Virus record (IMG/VR): IMGVR_UViG_3300028591_000020
Coordinates: 1-64,000 of that record
Reading direction: 5' to 3' (one strand)
DNA: 64,000 nucleotides
From: a virus
Taxonomy: Duplodnaviria > Caudoviricetes
The translations under genes and the position numbers were made by a program. Below the pieces are notes generated by a model. The model did not search any database and was not told the DNA's origin. It saw nothing but the letters and a program-made list of their open reading frames with translations. Positions 48,491-57,974 of this stretch are shown here, in pieces; positions within the stretch are counted from its first letter, which is position 1, and each line of letters begins with the position of its first letter.

Positions 48491-48754
48491 ATGAAACAGA
48501 GAGTAATCAAAACGACTGCAATCTTCCGTTGCATCGTAACATTCAAGGATGGTGCACACAAAATCATCCGCATGACCATTGACAAGGTAGCGCATTTCGT
48601 GTATCTTTTCAGACAGCAGGAGAGAAATATCTTCGTGGATGAAACATGTCTCTTCGAGATGTGCGAAAACGAGTGGTTATGTATGTCATCTGTAGCCGGT
48701 GCCAAATTCATCAATGACCGCACCGACCAGGAATTTCTCAGTATCAGTCTTTAA
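48491..48754 (+). CDS. hypothetical protein
   Basis: bounded by AGTCT-hairpin elements. Confidence 0.7.
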   Translation: MKQRVIKTTAIFRCIVTFKDGAHKIIRMTIDKVAHFVYLFRQQERNIFVDETCLFEMCENEWLCMSSVAGAKFINDRTDQEFLSISL

Positions 48755-48806
48755 AGGGTGGGTACATTTTGTACCCCTCCCACAACAAACCAATAATTAT
48801 TGAACG

Positions 48807-48974
48807 ATGGTAGTAAACAAGATTCTCCGCAACAAGTGCGGATTTTGGTATGTGGGCCGTCTTCTGACTGTTGATCCCGATGGTGTTCCCGTCTATCAGA
48901 GGTTGTCAGATGATTACGTCTACAAAGGATGGGCATTGAACTTTGCCCGTCGTATGTGTATCAAGCTATCGTAG
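48807..48974 (+). CDS. small hypothetical protein (55 aa)
   Basis: read by hand: MVVNKILRNKCGFWYVG...; bounded by elements. Confidence 0.65.
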   Translation: MVVNKILRNKCGFWYVGRLLTVDPDGVPVYQRLSDDYVYKGWALNFARRMCIKLS

Positions 48975-49047
48975 CCTTTTTGGCATGGGTTGGTTTTATT
49001 TCGTTCGTTCGCCTGCCTGTGCTGCTATTCACCAATACTATACGAAT

Positions 49048-49506
49048 ATGTTACCATCAGAATTTTATGACAGGACGCATATCAAGCTCTCCGGAGATGA
49101 ATATGCAGACGTAGAGAACATCTACAACAATGTGGAGATGCAAAAGGATGACTTCTGCCAGCATTGGGTTGAAGAGAAAGAAAATCCTCTGTTCAAGGAG
49201 TTGGCCAAAGCATTCTGCAAGCAGACGAAAGAGCTGTTGCAGACTCAGAGCGACCTCGGCACCATCGAGCACAAATACAAGAGCGAGATTGAGGCCATTA
49301 AAAAGGAGAATGAGCGCATCCTCTCTGACAAGGAAGAGGCTCACAAATCTCTGGGTCGTAAGATTATTGAGAATATCGACGACGAAGTACGTTTGCACGA
49401 TATTCTTGAGGAAGAGTTCACGATAGATTTCATCATCAAGGTCAAGCTGTATAATGACATGGAGCTTGAGCGTAGTGAGCGAGACTATCTAATCGGTAAG
49501 CTTTAG
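49048..49506 (+). CDS. hypothetical protein
   Basis: MLPSEFYDRT...YNN.EMQKDDFC; start after GAATATG leader. Confidence 0.7.
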   Translation: MLPSEFYDRTHIKLSGDEYADVENIYNNVEMQKDDFCQHWVEEKENPLFKELAKAFCKQTKELLQTQSDLGTIEHKYKSEIEAIKKENERILSDKEEAHKSLGRKIIENIDDEVRLHDILEEEFTIDFIIKVKLYNDMELERSERDYLIGKL

Positions 49507-49554
49507 TCTTTAGGAGCCTTGAACGGCTCCACTATTCACCAAATATGTAAGAAT

Positions 49555-49794
49555 ATGGAGAAACTATTGAGAAGTCAGCTTTATCTTGTCGGCTCTGCTG
49601 GCACGTTGGAGAATCTTTGTGCGTTCGCTAAGCAGCGTCTTTATTGGGCGCAGCTCGACACCTCTGAGAGTACACGCTACGAATCCAGGATGGGTAAGGT
49701 GTACGACGTGAGCAATCTCAACGGCCTCGTTCCTGACATGGTAATCATTCAGAGCAAGGTACGTTGTTCTCTTTTCAGGATCAAAGAGAAATAG
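49555..49794 (+). CDS. hypothetical protein
   Basis: start after hairpin-leader. Confidence 0.65.
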   Translation: MEKLLRSQLYLVGSAGTLENLCAFAKQRLYWAQLDTSESTRYESRMGKVYDVSNLNGLVPDMVIIQSKVRCSLFRIKEK

Positions 49795-49796
49795 CT

Positions 49797-49955
49797 ATGC
49801 CAAAGGGTAAAGTAAAGTGGCTCACGTTCACGGACAATCCCCGTTGGGGCAGATATTTCATCGGTGAGAGTGAGTCCAGACAGGAAGCCATCGACAAAGG
49901 TAAGGCAGCAAACAAAGGCAGATTCGTAGTTGAACGAAGAGTAAAGTTCAAGTAG
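49797..49955 (+). CDS. small hypothetical protein
   Basis: 52 aa; ends in TAG of a TAGTCT element. Confidence 0.6.
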   Translation: MPKGKVKWLTFTDNPRWGRYFIGESESRQEAIDKGKAANKGRFVVERRVKFK

Positions 49956-50008
49956 TCTTTTGCGGCTCTTGCATGGGCCGCACAATTAACCCTTTAAACT
50001 GAAAGAAT

Positions 50009-50896
50009 ATGGAAAGAAGAGAAAAAGTAAATGCCATCAAGAGTCTGGCAGTAAGTAGCGGACGGATGATTAGTATGGATCCGGAAAGCTGGGGCGAGCA
50101 TCGTCTGAACGCTTTGGAATCTGAGTTGCAGGAGTTTCTTGCGCAACTTCCCGAAGAGGTACGTGACGAGTACGAAGATAAGTACATCGGCAAATACAAA
50201 GAATGGCTCTATGCTATGAGCCGTTGTGTATCTCAGATGGTGACGGGTGCAGGTGGTTGGACGGCTGCTAAGCTACGACGCAAGCAGAAGAATGACCAGT
50301 ACGAACGTAATGCACGCGAACGTCTTGATAAGTGGGCCGAAAAGGTCATCAAACGTTGCAATCGCCAAGAACGCATGACTGGCTGGGCCGAAGTCGAACG
50401 TCTGCAAGAAAAGCTTGACAGCTTGACTGCAGCCCAGGAGATGATGAAAGCGGCCAACAGAATCATTCGCAACAAGAATCTTGCAGAGGTTGAAAAGGTT
50501 GACGAGTTGGTTGCCCTTGGTCATAGCGAACAGGATGCAATACACTTGATGGAGCCAGATTTCTGCGGACGTATCGGATATGCTGACTACGCATTGAGAA
50601 ACAATCTTGCCACCATAAAGGACACGGAAGCCAAAATCAAGCGTCATGCTGCAATGGCAGAGCGTGCGAGAGGTGGTGACGAGGTTCACGAATACAAGTG
50701 GGGAAAGCTTGTTGTTGCATTCGGTGACGAACGCTACCGCTTCATCTTCGATGGAAAGCCAGCCCCGAACGTCATCAGCCTCATGAAGAGCAATGCTTTC
50801 AAATGGAGTCCTTCAAACTCAGCGTGGCAGCGTCAGATTACCGTCAACGCAAAGTATGCCGTGAAGCGTATGATTGAACAGCTCAACAACATGTAG
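50009..50896 (+). CDS. DUF3560-like / polyvalent-protein-associated protein
   Basis: SQMVTGAGGW...; C-terminal FKWSPSNSAWQRQIT. Confidence 0.6.
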   Translation: MERREKVNAIKSLAVSSGRMISMDPESWGEHRLNALESELQEFLAQLPEEVRDEYEDKYIGKYKEWLYAMSRCVSQMVTGAGGWTAAKLRRKQKNDQYERNARERLDKWAEKVIKRCNRQERMTGWAEVERLQEKLDSLTAAQEMMKAANRIIRNKNLAEVEKVDELVALGHSEQDAIHLMEPDFCGRIGYADYALRNNLATIKDTEAKIKRHAAMAERARGGDEVHEYKWGKLVVAFGDERYRFIFDGKPAPNVISLMKSNAFKWSPSNSAWQRQITVNAKYAVKRMIEQLNNM

Positions 50897-50946
50897 CCTT
50901 TAGCCTGCCTTGCATGGTGGGCACCACAAACCAATACATTAGGAAT

Positions 50947-51144
50947 ATGCCACACATTATCATGCACAAAGGCGTAGAAATACGCCAGTACGGAACACAG
51001 CCGGGCGAGAGTGTTTATCCTCTCTGCTTTACCGACGATCTTGAGCAGCAGAACATGTGTAATAGTGACGGTAGAAACATCGTCAAGATGCACGATTCTC
51101 TTTGGGATGCTAAGGCTTATATTGACAAACACGTAAAATCATGA
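50947..51144 (+). CDS. small hypothetical protein
   Basis: start after hairpin-leader. Confidence 0.65.
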   Translation: MPHIIMHKGVEIRQYGTQPGESVYPLCFTDDLEQQNMCNSDGRNIVKMHDSLWDAKAYIDKHVKS

Positions 51145-51147
51145 GCC

Positions 51148-51381
51148 ATGGAGTACGAAAAAAATTGCACTCAGATAAACATCACAAAGTGGAATGCTCT
51201 GATGAAGGGAGCCAGGAAATGTAGCTATAAGAAGCTTGTTGCCAGAATCAAGAAAGAGATTCCCTCGCTCTATGAGTCGCTGTGCCTGAACTTCTACAAT
51301 CCGTGGGAAGGCGACTGCCAGCAGACAAAGACGCACTACATCTTGGTACACTCTGGCATAGAGTATTTTATCAGAAAGTAG
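51148..51381 (+). CDS. hypothetical protein
   Basis: FYNPW...THYILVHSGIEYF pattern. Confidence 0.7.
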   Translation: MEYEKNCTQINITKWNALMKGARKCSYKKLVARIKKEIPSLYESLCLNFYNPWEGDCQQTKTHYILVHSGIEYFIRK

Positions 51382-51439
51382 TCTGACACCATTTCGCTGA
51401 CACCAACGAAATGGTACTATAAACCAAACATTATGAATT

Positions 51440-51769
51440 ATGAAAGCATTATGTATCTCAACTTGTCATCTGATTGCTAACGGACACGGCTCTATCTTTG
51501 AGCCAGTACGCGAAATCAGCGGTAAGAAGTTCTATTGCAAGGGAGATTTCTCTATTGCAAAATCTTGCGAGAGGGCTTATGTGGTTCTTTGGAAGAATGT
51601 GATTGTTGGGGAGTTTGTCGGAGCGAACAAAGAGCTTGTTGACTTACTCCACTCCAAGACTGCACCTGACTCAAAGAAGGTCATGCAGAGTTACAACTAC
51701 AGGACCGCATTGGCTGATATTGAGGAAGCTCAGAAATGGGCAGAACGCTACAACTTCAAAATCTGCTAA
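51440..51769 (+). CDS. hypothetical protein
   Basis: bounded by elements. Confidence 0.7.
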   Translation: MKALCISTCHLIANGHGSIFEPVREISGKKFYCKGDFSIAKSCERAYVVLWKNVIVGEFVGANKELVDLLHSKTAPDSKKVMQSYNYRTALADIEEAQKWAERYNFKIC

Positions 51770-51827
51770 AGTCTCTGAATGTGGCTATGCTTTAGCCACA
51801 ACTATTAACCCCTAAACTTATAGGAAT

Positions 51828-52163
51828 ATGGAAACAAATGCAGTAGAAAAAGATGCTAAGCGCATCCACGAAGTGACAGGCCGACCAATGGCTGAGTGTG
51901 AAGAGCAGGCAAAGCAGATTGCCGAGTGTGTACGTGAAATGTGTGACCGCGTGGTGGAGTTCTTTTATCTCAAGAAGGATGGAACCACACGACAGGCTTT
52001 CGGTACGCTTCAGCAGGAAGTTGTCATTGCTCATGTGACAAGTCAGCCTTCCAAGGAACCAAACCCTGACCTCGTAACGTACTTTGATACTGAGGCTCAG
52101 GCATGGCGTTCCTTCAAGAAGGTTAACTTCAAGAGCTACGTAAAGCAGGGACAACAAGCATGA
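51828..52163 (+). CDS. DUF2693 / SH3-barrel (WYL-like) protein
   Basis: VEFFYLKKDGTTRQAFGTL...VTYFDTEAQAWRSFK. Confidence 0.8.
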   Translation: METNAVEKDAKRIHEVTGRPMAECEEQAKQIAECVREMCDRVVEFFYLKKDGTTRQAFGTLQQEVVIAHVTSQPSKEPNPDLVTYFDTEAQAWRSFKKVNFKSYVKQGQQA

Positions 52164-52297
52164 CGAATATCGCGAAATATGCTTGGTGTCTCTTCCTTGC
52201 AGCCCTGACGTTTGGTATCTGGACGCTCCCAATCTTAATCGTCTTGGTCCTCGTCAATCTCTATCTTATCAAAAAGCATCCCGAATGGTACAAATGA
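52160..52297 (+). CDS. small membrane peptide (45 aa)
   Basis: read by hand; ATGA overlap; long hydrophobic stretch. Confidence 0.6.
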   Translation: MTNIAKYAWCLFLAALTFGIWTLPILIVLVLVNLYLIKKHPEWYK

Positions 52298-52356
52298 AGT
52301 CTCAAGCCGTGCAAAGGACACGGCACACATTATTAACCCCTAAAATGTAGTGAATT

Positions 52357-53271
52357 ATGAAAAAAGAAAAGAACATTTGCGTAGAAGAAGTTGCCAAAGT
52401 TCCTGTTGTGAAGTACTACTTTTACAGGAAAGACACGAATGGCTATCTGAAAACGGATGGTGGGCTTGTTTATGTGTCAGTCACGGCTATCAGCATTGAC
52501 TTCAAGAAACAGCTCTTAGTAACGACGCTCACAGACAAGAGCGGCAAGGAGTATCTGAAAGAAGGTAAATTCTCTCTTTATGCAAGTCCAGAGGCGTACG
52601 AAGCTGACGATCCAATGAGAATGAACGTGTATCAGACGTGGGAACTTCTTAAGTTTGCCGATTGGGGCCGACTGACTGATTGCGCTGTTGGTATTGTTGA
52701 CGAGGAAGAAGGCAAGCAATCCTGTTATATCAAGGTATGGATATTCGAGGATGGTGGTGCAAAAGAAATTCCCGTTGTCATCAACTCCATTGCCTGCGAC
52801 ACGTACGAGAAATGGCACTTGACCGACGGCAACATTCCTGTGAAGATATGGGAAACCAGAGCTGACGCATACGCCTGCAACGAATATCAGATTACTGATA
52901 GTGACGGCGAGGTGTTCACTGAGGAAGGATTTCAGAAAAGACTTGTACCGACTCCTGCACAGTGGGTTGTCATTAAGCAGATGAAGGTGCTCTTCGATAA
53001 AGCAAAGGCATTAGGACTCCGCTTCATGTGGGACCGCGAATATGGCGGTAACCTCAAGGCTGTAAACTATGAGAATGTACACATCTTCGAGTACGACGCT
53101 CAAGCGTTTGAAGGTGGCGACCTCGTTCAGGTCAAGGACCTTGCGTTTGCAGATACCGGAATTGACTTCTTCGATTACTGTGGTGACGAGGGTGATAGAT
53201 ATAAGTTTGCCCTCAATCCAACAGCGCGTCAGAAAAAGGAATGGCTCAAAGCCACTCAAGGTAACGAGTAG
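52357..53271 (+). CDS. hypothetical protein
   Basis: 304-aa ORF bounded by elements. Confidence 0.75.
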   Translation: MKKEKNICVEEVAKVPVVKYYFYRKDTNGYLKTDGGLVYVSVTAISIDFKKQLLVTTLTDKSGKEYLKEGKFSLYASPEAYEADDPMRMNVYQTWELLKFADWGRLTDCAVGIVDEEEGKQSCYIKVWIFEDGGAKEIPVVINSIACDTYEKWHLTDGNIPVKIWETRADAYACNEYQITDSDGEVFTEEGFQKRLVPTPAQWVVIKQMKVLFDKAKALGLRFMWDREYGGNLKAVNYENVHIFEYDAQAFEGGDLVQVKDLAFADTGIDFFDYCGDEGDRYKFALNPTARQKKEWLKATQGNE

Positions 53272-53805
53272 TCTTTCTCCCTGCTTGCATGCAGGGAACA
53301 ACAAACCAAGTTTTGTTCGCTACGAGCAATCTCACGGCTCGCAGTTGCCATCAGTGGGTGACAGTAGGGAAAGACCTCCGTCTCATTCTCCACCACGTAT
53401 CAGACGTAAAAGCACGGGTGCGGTTTGTGACATGACAAAGTACACGTTGTGCGGCAGACGGGAGAAATTCAAGCACTTAGCATTTCGGTTCCTCTCACTC
53501 CTTAATAAAGAGAGCATGCGAAAGCCGTCGAAGCCACTTAGGGACGTAAAGGCAGTGGGGGTATGCAACCACCAAGTGAGTAACATCGGCTGATGAAGGA
53601 AAATAACAGGGCGTGCCGTGCGGCCATAGAGGCGGATAGTGCAGACCACACCTGCGCGAATGACAACCAAAGGCTACCGTTTAACGCTAACGCAAAAGCG
53701 CAAGCCATGGAACAACTATTCACGGAATTATCGTGTCTGAATTGGTAAAAGTCTTACAGGGAATGTGGACGCACATTCCCTACCAATAACCAACTACACA
53801 AGATT

Positions 53806-54324
53806 ATGGCAAAGTTAAACGTCTATTCATTTGCCGACTATAACTCTGTCCGTTTCCTCGCCCATCAGGTGAAGGATGGTAACGACAGCAGTATCAGTCG
53901 TGCAGCTCGTTACATGGCGCATCTTGTGTCGTGTATCGCTGACGAGCGATGTGTTATCATTCCTGTACCTGGTCGTACAGGTGTCGCTCTCTACACAAAG
54001 GTTCTTGCCGAACGTATCTCTGAGTTGACTGGTGTATGTGTCGTGGACTGCCTAAAGTGCAAGCCACACATGACTCAGTATCTCCGCAAGATACGCTATG
54101 GACTTGACAGCATGCGTCCGATGGATTTCTCCATCACTCAGGACGTTCCATCAGACGTTATCCCTATCCTCATAGATAACGTTCTCGACACAGGTACTAC
54201 CATCATGTCAGCCATGAAGGCATTGAACAGAACTCTCTACGTCGTTGTGCTTGGCAACACGCACAACTTCCTGCATTTCAATTATCCTATCAACCTCTAC
54301 GAACAGTCTCTTGCTCTCCAGTAA
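53806..54324 (+). CDS. phosphoribosyltransferase-like (ComF-type) protein
   Basis: VIIPVPG...; PRPP-loop-like LIDNVLDTGTT. Confidence 0.75.
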   Translation: MAKLNVYSFADYNSVRFLAHQVKDGNDSSISRAARYMAHLVSCIADERCVIIPVPGRTGVALYTKVLAERISELTGVCVVDCLKCKPHMTQYLRKIRYGLDSMRPMDFSITQDVPSDVIPILIDNVLDTGTTIMSAMKALNRTLYVVVLGNTHNFLHFNYPINLYEQSLALQ

Positions 54325-54362
54325 CATGGAGAGTGCTATTAACCCATAAAATTATCAAGAAT

Positions 54363-54689
54363 ATGACAAAGATTACCTACAATGAGCAAGAACTTCGCCT
54401 TGTGCAGTCTCGCTATCAGAACAACAATGCGCTCTACGTTGGACTCGTTGACAATGACGGAGAGTTTTATGCAGATGTGACGGTCAACATGCCCATCAGC
54501 AGCACTATGCCGACTGACTGCGCTTTCGTTGACACAAACAATCTCTCTTGGAAAATCATCGAAGTGCTGACTGATGCAGGTATTGTGACACCTATCCATC
54601 AGACGTGCAGAAGTGGTTTCTATCAGTATCATGCTTTCCGCTTTCAGAATCTCTGGGATATTGATGACATCACAGCAGCGATCAACTAA
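54363..54689 (+). CDS. DUF4313-like protein
   Basis: Y.NN.ALYV.L...GE.YADVTVN...AFVDTNN...SGFYQY. Confidence 0.75.
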   Translation: MTKITYNEQELRLVQSRYQNNNALYVGLVDNDGEFYADVTVNMPISSTMPTDCAFVDTNNLSWKIIEVLTDAGIVTPIHQTCRSGFYQYHAFRFQNLWDIDDITAAIN

Positions 54690-54891
54690 GTACGAAGCCG
54701 TCTGCGAGTCAGGAAATACGGATGCTGACACCATCATAAAGTTCCCTGACCGCGAATCGGCAGAAATGTTCTGTCAGATTTGGCGTGCCTCGCATCCTGG
54801 CACCCATGCTTGGGTACGAGAGACACAGCACCGCCACATGGAGCACAACACGCTTGGCCGTTCCGTAATGACGGTGGACCTCTACGATTAG
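54664..54891 (+). CDS. hypothetical protein
   Basis: ORF ending in TAGCCT element. Confidence 0.55.
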   Translation: MTSQQRSTKYEAVCESGNTDADTIIKFPDRESAEMFCQIWRASHPGTHAWVRETQHRHMEHNTLGRSVMTVDLYD

Positions 54892-54951
54892 CCTCAGTGT
54901 GCAGCGTGATTTTGTCACGCTGTTCCCAATAACCCCTAAATACATCAGAAT

Positions 54952-55488
54952 ATGAATGAATACAAACCAATCTTCGCCTGCTATGAAGAAATCAAGCAGC
55001 GTGAAATCAGAGAATTGAAGGATGCGGTACGAGCAGCGAGAGGGCAGTATGTTTTCCCGAAGGATAAACATCCGTATGTGATGTGCAACCTCGACTCTGG
55101 CCCGTGTGACCTACGTGTTGACAGCGTAGAGATACAAAACATTTCAGACGTAGATGTACTGGTCATCTTTGGTTACGACGAGCAGGCAGGGCAGGCAGTT
55201 GAAATCTCTCTTGAGGATATTGCTTACAGCCATATCTCGTTTATCACAGAGGCTATTCCCGTTCGCAAGTTCACACAATCTTCATTCTCTATCTCTCGCC
55301 TCAGTCGTGAAGACCTTGAACAAAAAGGATTTGATACGTCTGACGTGGATGACAAGACGATGGAAAAGCTGGCTTCTAAGCTGGGTGATGACTATTGCGA
55401 ACAACTCTTTTGGATTTCGCTCGAAATCATTGCCGAATCTATGGGCATTCCTCGCAGAGAGGACCACAAAGAGGATGATGACGAATAG
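54952..55488 (+). CDS. hypothetical protein
   Basis: F.ISRLSREDLEQKGFD.S.VDDKTMEKLASKLGDDYCEQLFW pattern. Confidence 0.75.
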   Translation: MNEYKPIFACYEEIKQREIRELKDAVRAARGQYVFPKDKHPYVMCNLDSGPCDLRVDSVEIQNISDVDVLVIFGYDEQAGQAVEISLEDIAYSHISFITEAIPVRKFTQSSFSISRLSREDLEQKGFDTSDVDDKTMEKLASKLGDDYCEQLFWISLEIIAESMGIPRREDHKEDDDE

Positions 55489-55490
55489 CT

Positions 55491-55700
55491 ATGGCCACCA
55501 TCCGCTTGCAGCTCATTAAGGGCTTCTTCTATCCGACGGATGCAGATAGTCGTAAGATTCTCGAAGAGAGTATGCGGCTTGACCGCATCCCACTTGAACG
55601 AATAGACGTGGTATCTCCCAAACTTGTGAAAGCTGGTCATGCTCTGGCTATCACAGGCTGGGACCCACCGCCTGTTCCCGTGCGCTTTTCGTCTCTTTAG
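55491..55700 (+). CDS. small hypothetical protein
   Basis: coupled ORF. Confidence 0.6.
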   Translation: MATIRLQLIKGFFYPTDADSRKILEESMRLDRIPLERIDVVSPKLVKAGHALAITGWDPPPVPVRFSSL

Positions 55701-55750
55701 CCGTAAGAAATTTACGGCACTACCTAACCCCTTAAAAGAAAGGATTGAAT

Positions 55751-56659
55751 ATGAGTCAAAACAATGTTTATCAGATGGTGACTGACCGCATCGTGGCACA
55801 GCTGGAGCAAGGGCTTGTTCCTTGGCATAAGCCGTGGACGGGCGTAGGTCTTGAAGATGGTGGAGCTATCAACTATGTCAGCCGAAAGCCTTACAGTATG
55901 CTGAATCAGATGCTTCTTGGACGCGAGGGAGAATATCTCACCTTCAAGCAGATCAAGGAGCGTGGAGGTAGTATCAAGAAGGGAGCGAAAGCTGGTGTCG
56001 TGGTATTCTTCACCACTACGACCTATACCAAGCGCGAGGAAGTGCAGGAAGATGGCTCTACCGAGACTGTCAACGTCGTAAAGGAACATCTTATGCCTGT
56101 GCTCAAGTACTACAACGTCTTTCATATTGACGATTGTGAGGGTATCGAGAGCAAGATTAAGGTTGAAGAGGATGCTGGACCGAAGATTTCTCCCATCGAG
56201 TCAGCCGAGAAGGTTCTGAACGGCTACGTCGAACGAGAGAAAGAACTGCAGTTCCGCAACAATATACCGACTGACCGGGCCTACTATTCTCCGACACTCG
56301 ACCTTATCTCTGTTCCTATGCTCTCTCAGTACGAGATTGCGGAAGAGTATTACTCGACCACGTTCCACGAAGCGATTCACTCTACCATGCCAGAGAATCG
56401 TTGCAACCGCAAATCTGAGCAGAAACTTGCTGCCTTTGGTAGTGAGGACTATTCTCGCGAGGAACTTGTGGCCGAGATTGGCTCTGCCATGCTCTGCAAC
56501 AATGTTGGCATCGACTGCGAGAAGGCTTTCAAGAACTCTGTAGCCTATATCCAGGGATGGCTTAAGAAGCTCAAGAACGACAATCGAATGATTGTGTGGG
56601 CTGCATCCCGTGCTGAGAAGGCTGCAAAGTACATTCTTGGTGAGCCTGACGCTGAGTAG
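55751..56659 (+). CDS. ardC: ArdC-like antirestriction ssDNA-binding protein with zincin (HExxH) domain
   Basis: VTDRIVAQLEQGLVPWHKPW, YSMLNQMLL, YLTFKQ, AYYSP, HEAIH, YSREELVAEIGS. Confidence 0.9.
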   Translation: MSQNNVYQMVTDRIVAQLEQGLVPWHKPWTGVGLEDGGAINYVSRKPYSMLNQMLLGREGEYLTFKQIKERGGSIKKGAKAGVVVFFTTTTYTKREEVQEDGSTETVNVVKEHLMPVLKYYNVFHIDDCEGIESKIKVEEDAGPKISPIESAEKVLNGYVEREKELQFRNNIPTDRAYYSPTLDLISVPMLSQYEIAEEYYSTTFHEAIHSTMPENRCNRKSEQKLAAFGSEDYSREELVAEIGSAMLCNNVGIDCEKAFKNSVAYIQGWLKKLKNDNRMIVWAASRAEKAAKYILGEPDAE

Positions 56660-56716
56660 TCTATCATTCCTGATGTGTAAGGCATCGGGAACTATAAACC
56701 AAACAATATCAAGAAT

Positions 56717-57415
56717 ATGGAAAGAACATTTTTACCCGTAAACTGTTGGGCAGCGGAAGATATTCCGTCCAACAAACTGATTGAGGGCAACCCCGAGAAC
56801 ATGAGTAATGCAGAATTGCTCTCTATCATCATTGGCACTGGCTCCGATAAGGAGAATAGTGTAGAACTTGCACGTCGCATCCTTCTAACCTGTGACAACA
56901 AGCTTTCAGAGCTGGCTAAGAAGTGCAACAACCCCAACAATCTCACCTACATGCGTGGCGTGGGCAAGCAGAAAACTGCTAAGATTATAGCAGCTCTCGA
57001 ACTTGGCAAGCGTCGCCAGCATGAGCAGGCCACCGAACGGCCTGAACTCAAAACGGCAGTACGAGTCTATAATATGATGGCTCCTATCATGCAGGATTTG
57101 GAAAAGGAAGAGTTTTGGGTGCTTCTCATGGGTCAGCACTTCAAGCTGATAAAGAAGTTCCGGCTGTCACAGGGTGGTATCTCTGAGGTGTCCGTGGATA
57201 TTCGCATCATCATGAAGGAAGCGGTTCTGAATAACGCCACCGTCTTGGCTGTCTGTCATAACCATCCCTCTGGCTCTCTGAATCCGAGCAAATGTGATGA
57301 CGATATAACATTCAGCCTCAAGAAAGCCTGTGATGTTATGCGCATCCATCTCAGCGATCATGTCATTATAACTGATGGCGCATACTACAGCTATCGCGAG
57401 CAAGGAAGAATCTGA
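56717..57415 (+). CDS. radC: RadC family JAB/MPN protein
   Basis: SNAELLSII, ALELGKR, EEFWV, HNHPSG, DHVII. Confidence 0.9.
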   Translation: MERTFLPVNCWAAEDIPSNKLIEGNPENMSNAELLSIIIGTGSDKENSVELARRILLTCDNKLSELAKKCNNPNNLTYMRGVGKQKTAKIIAALELGKRRQHEQATERPELKTAVRVYNMMAPIMQDLEKEEFWVLLMGQHFKLIKKFRLSQGGISEVSVDIRIIMKEAVLNNATVLAVCHNHPSGSLNPSKCDDDITFSLKKACDVMRIHLSDHVIITDGAYYSYREQGRI

Positions 57416-57435
57416 CCAACAAATGACCAACAATT

Positions 57436-57651
57436 ATGTTATACACCGACGTTCAAGCTCAGGAACTCGTAGGGCAGGTTCTCGAATCTCTCAACGAGGA
57501 TGGCCGTTATCCTCTCCATGAGGGAGATATGGGCTACTACAAGAATGCCAATGGAATCTGGACGGCTTGGGATAATTCTACAGGCGACTGCTGGGTAGAG
57601 GATTTCAAGACCCGAAAGGAGGCCATTGAATGGTTAGGAAATGTTAATTAG
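57436..57651 (+). CDS. hypothetical protein
   Basis: WTAWDNSTGDCWVEDF pattern. Confidence 0.7.
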   Translation: MLYTDVQAQELVGQVLESLNEDGRYPLHEGDMGYYKNANGIWTAWDNSTGDCWVEDFKTRKEAIEWLGNVN

Positions 57652-57688
57652 TCTTTTTATCCTGCATGACATTTGCCGTGCAGGATGC

Positions 57689-57814
57689 AACTCACACAGC
57701 AACTCACACACTGATTCACACAGTAATTCACACACTTAACACATTGTGTATCAAAGAGTTAATGCAAAACATCACACACCAATTCACACAGCGATTCACA
57801 CACTAACTCACACA
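57689..57814 (+). repeat. 2x4 array of 12-bp-period direct repeats (RAYTCACACA) around a central spacer
   Basis: copies at 57689, 57701, 57713, 57725 and 57769 (degenerate), 57781, 57793, 57805. Confidence 0.9.
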
Positions 57815-57974
57815 ATCGCGCGTGTGTATATAAAGGTACGTGCGCGTTTATTGTTATATAATAAATATATATTCTACCAGTATATATATACTTGTTCAAA
57901 AACGACTTTTTGTCTCTGATGTTAAAAATTCAGAAAACATCCTATATTATAAACCAAATTATTAATTTTGCAAT

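Noticed and set aside
53590-53606. Hammerhead ribozyme core (CTGATGA...GAAA)
   Set aside because: No stem II between the core motifs and no convincing stems I and III.
57689-57814. CRISPR array interpretation of the tandem repeats
   Set aside because: Period is 12 bp with no unique spacers; no cas genes in the window.
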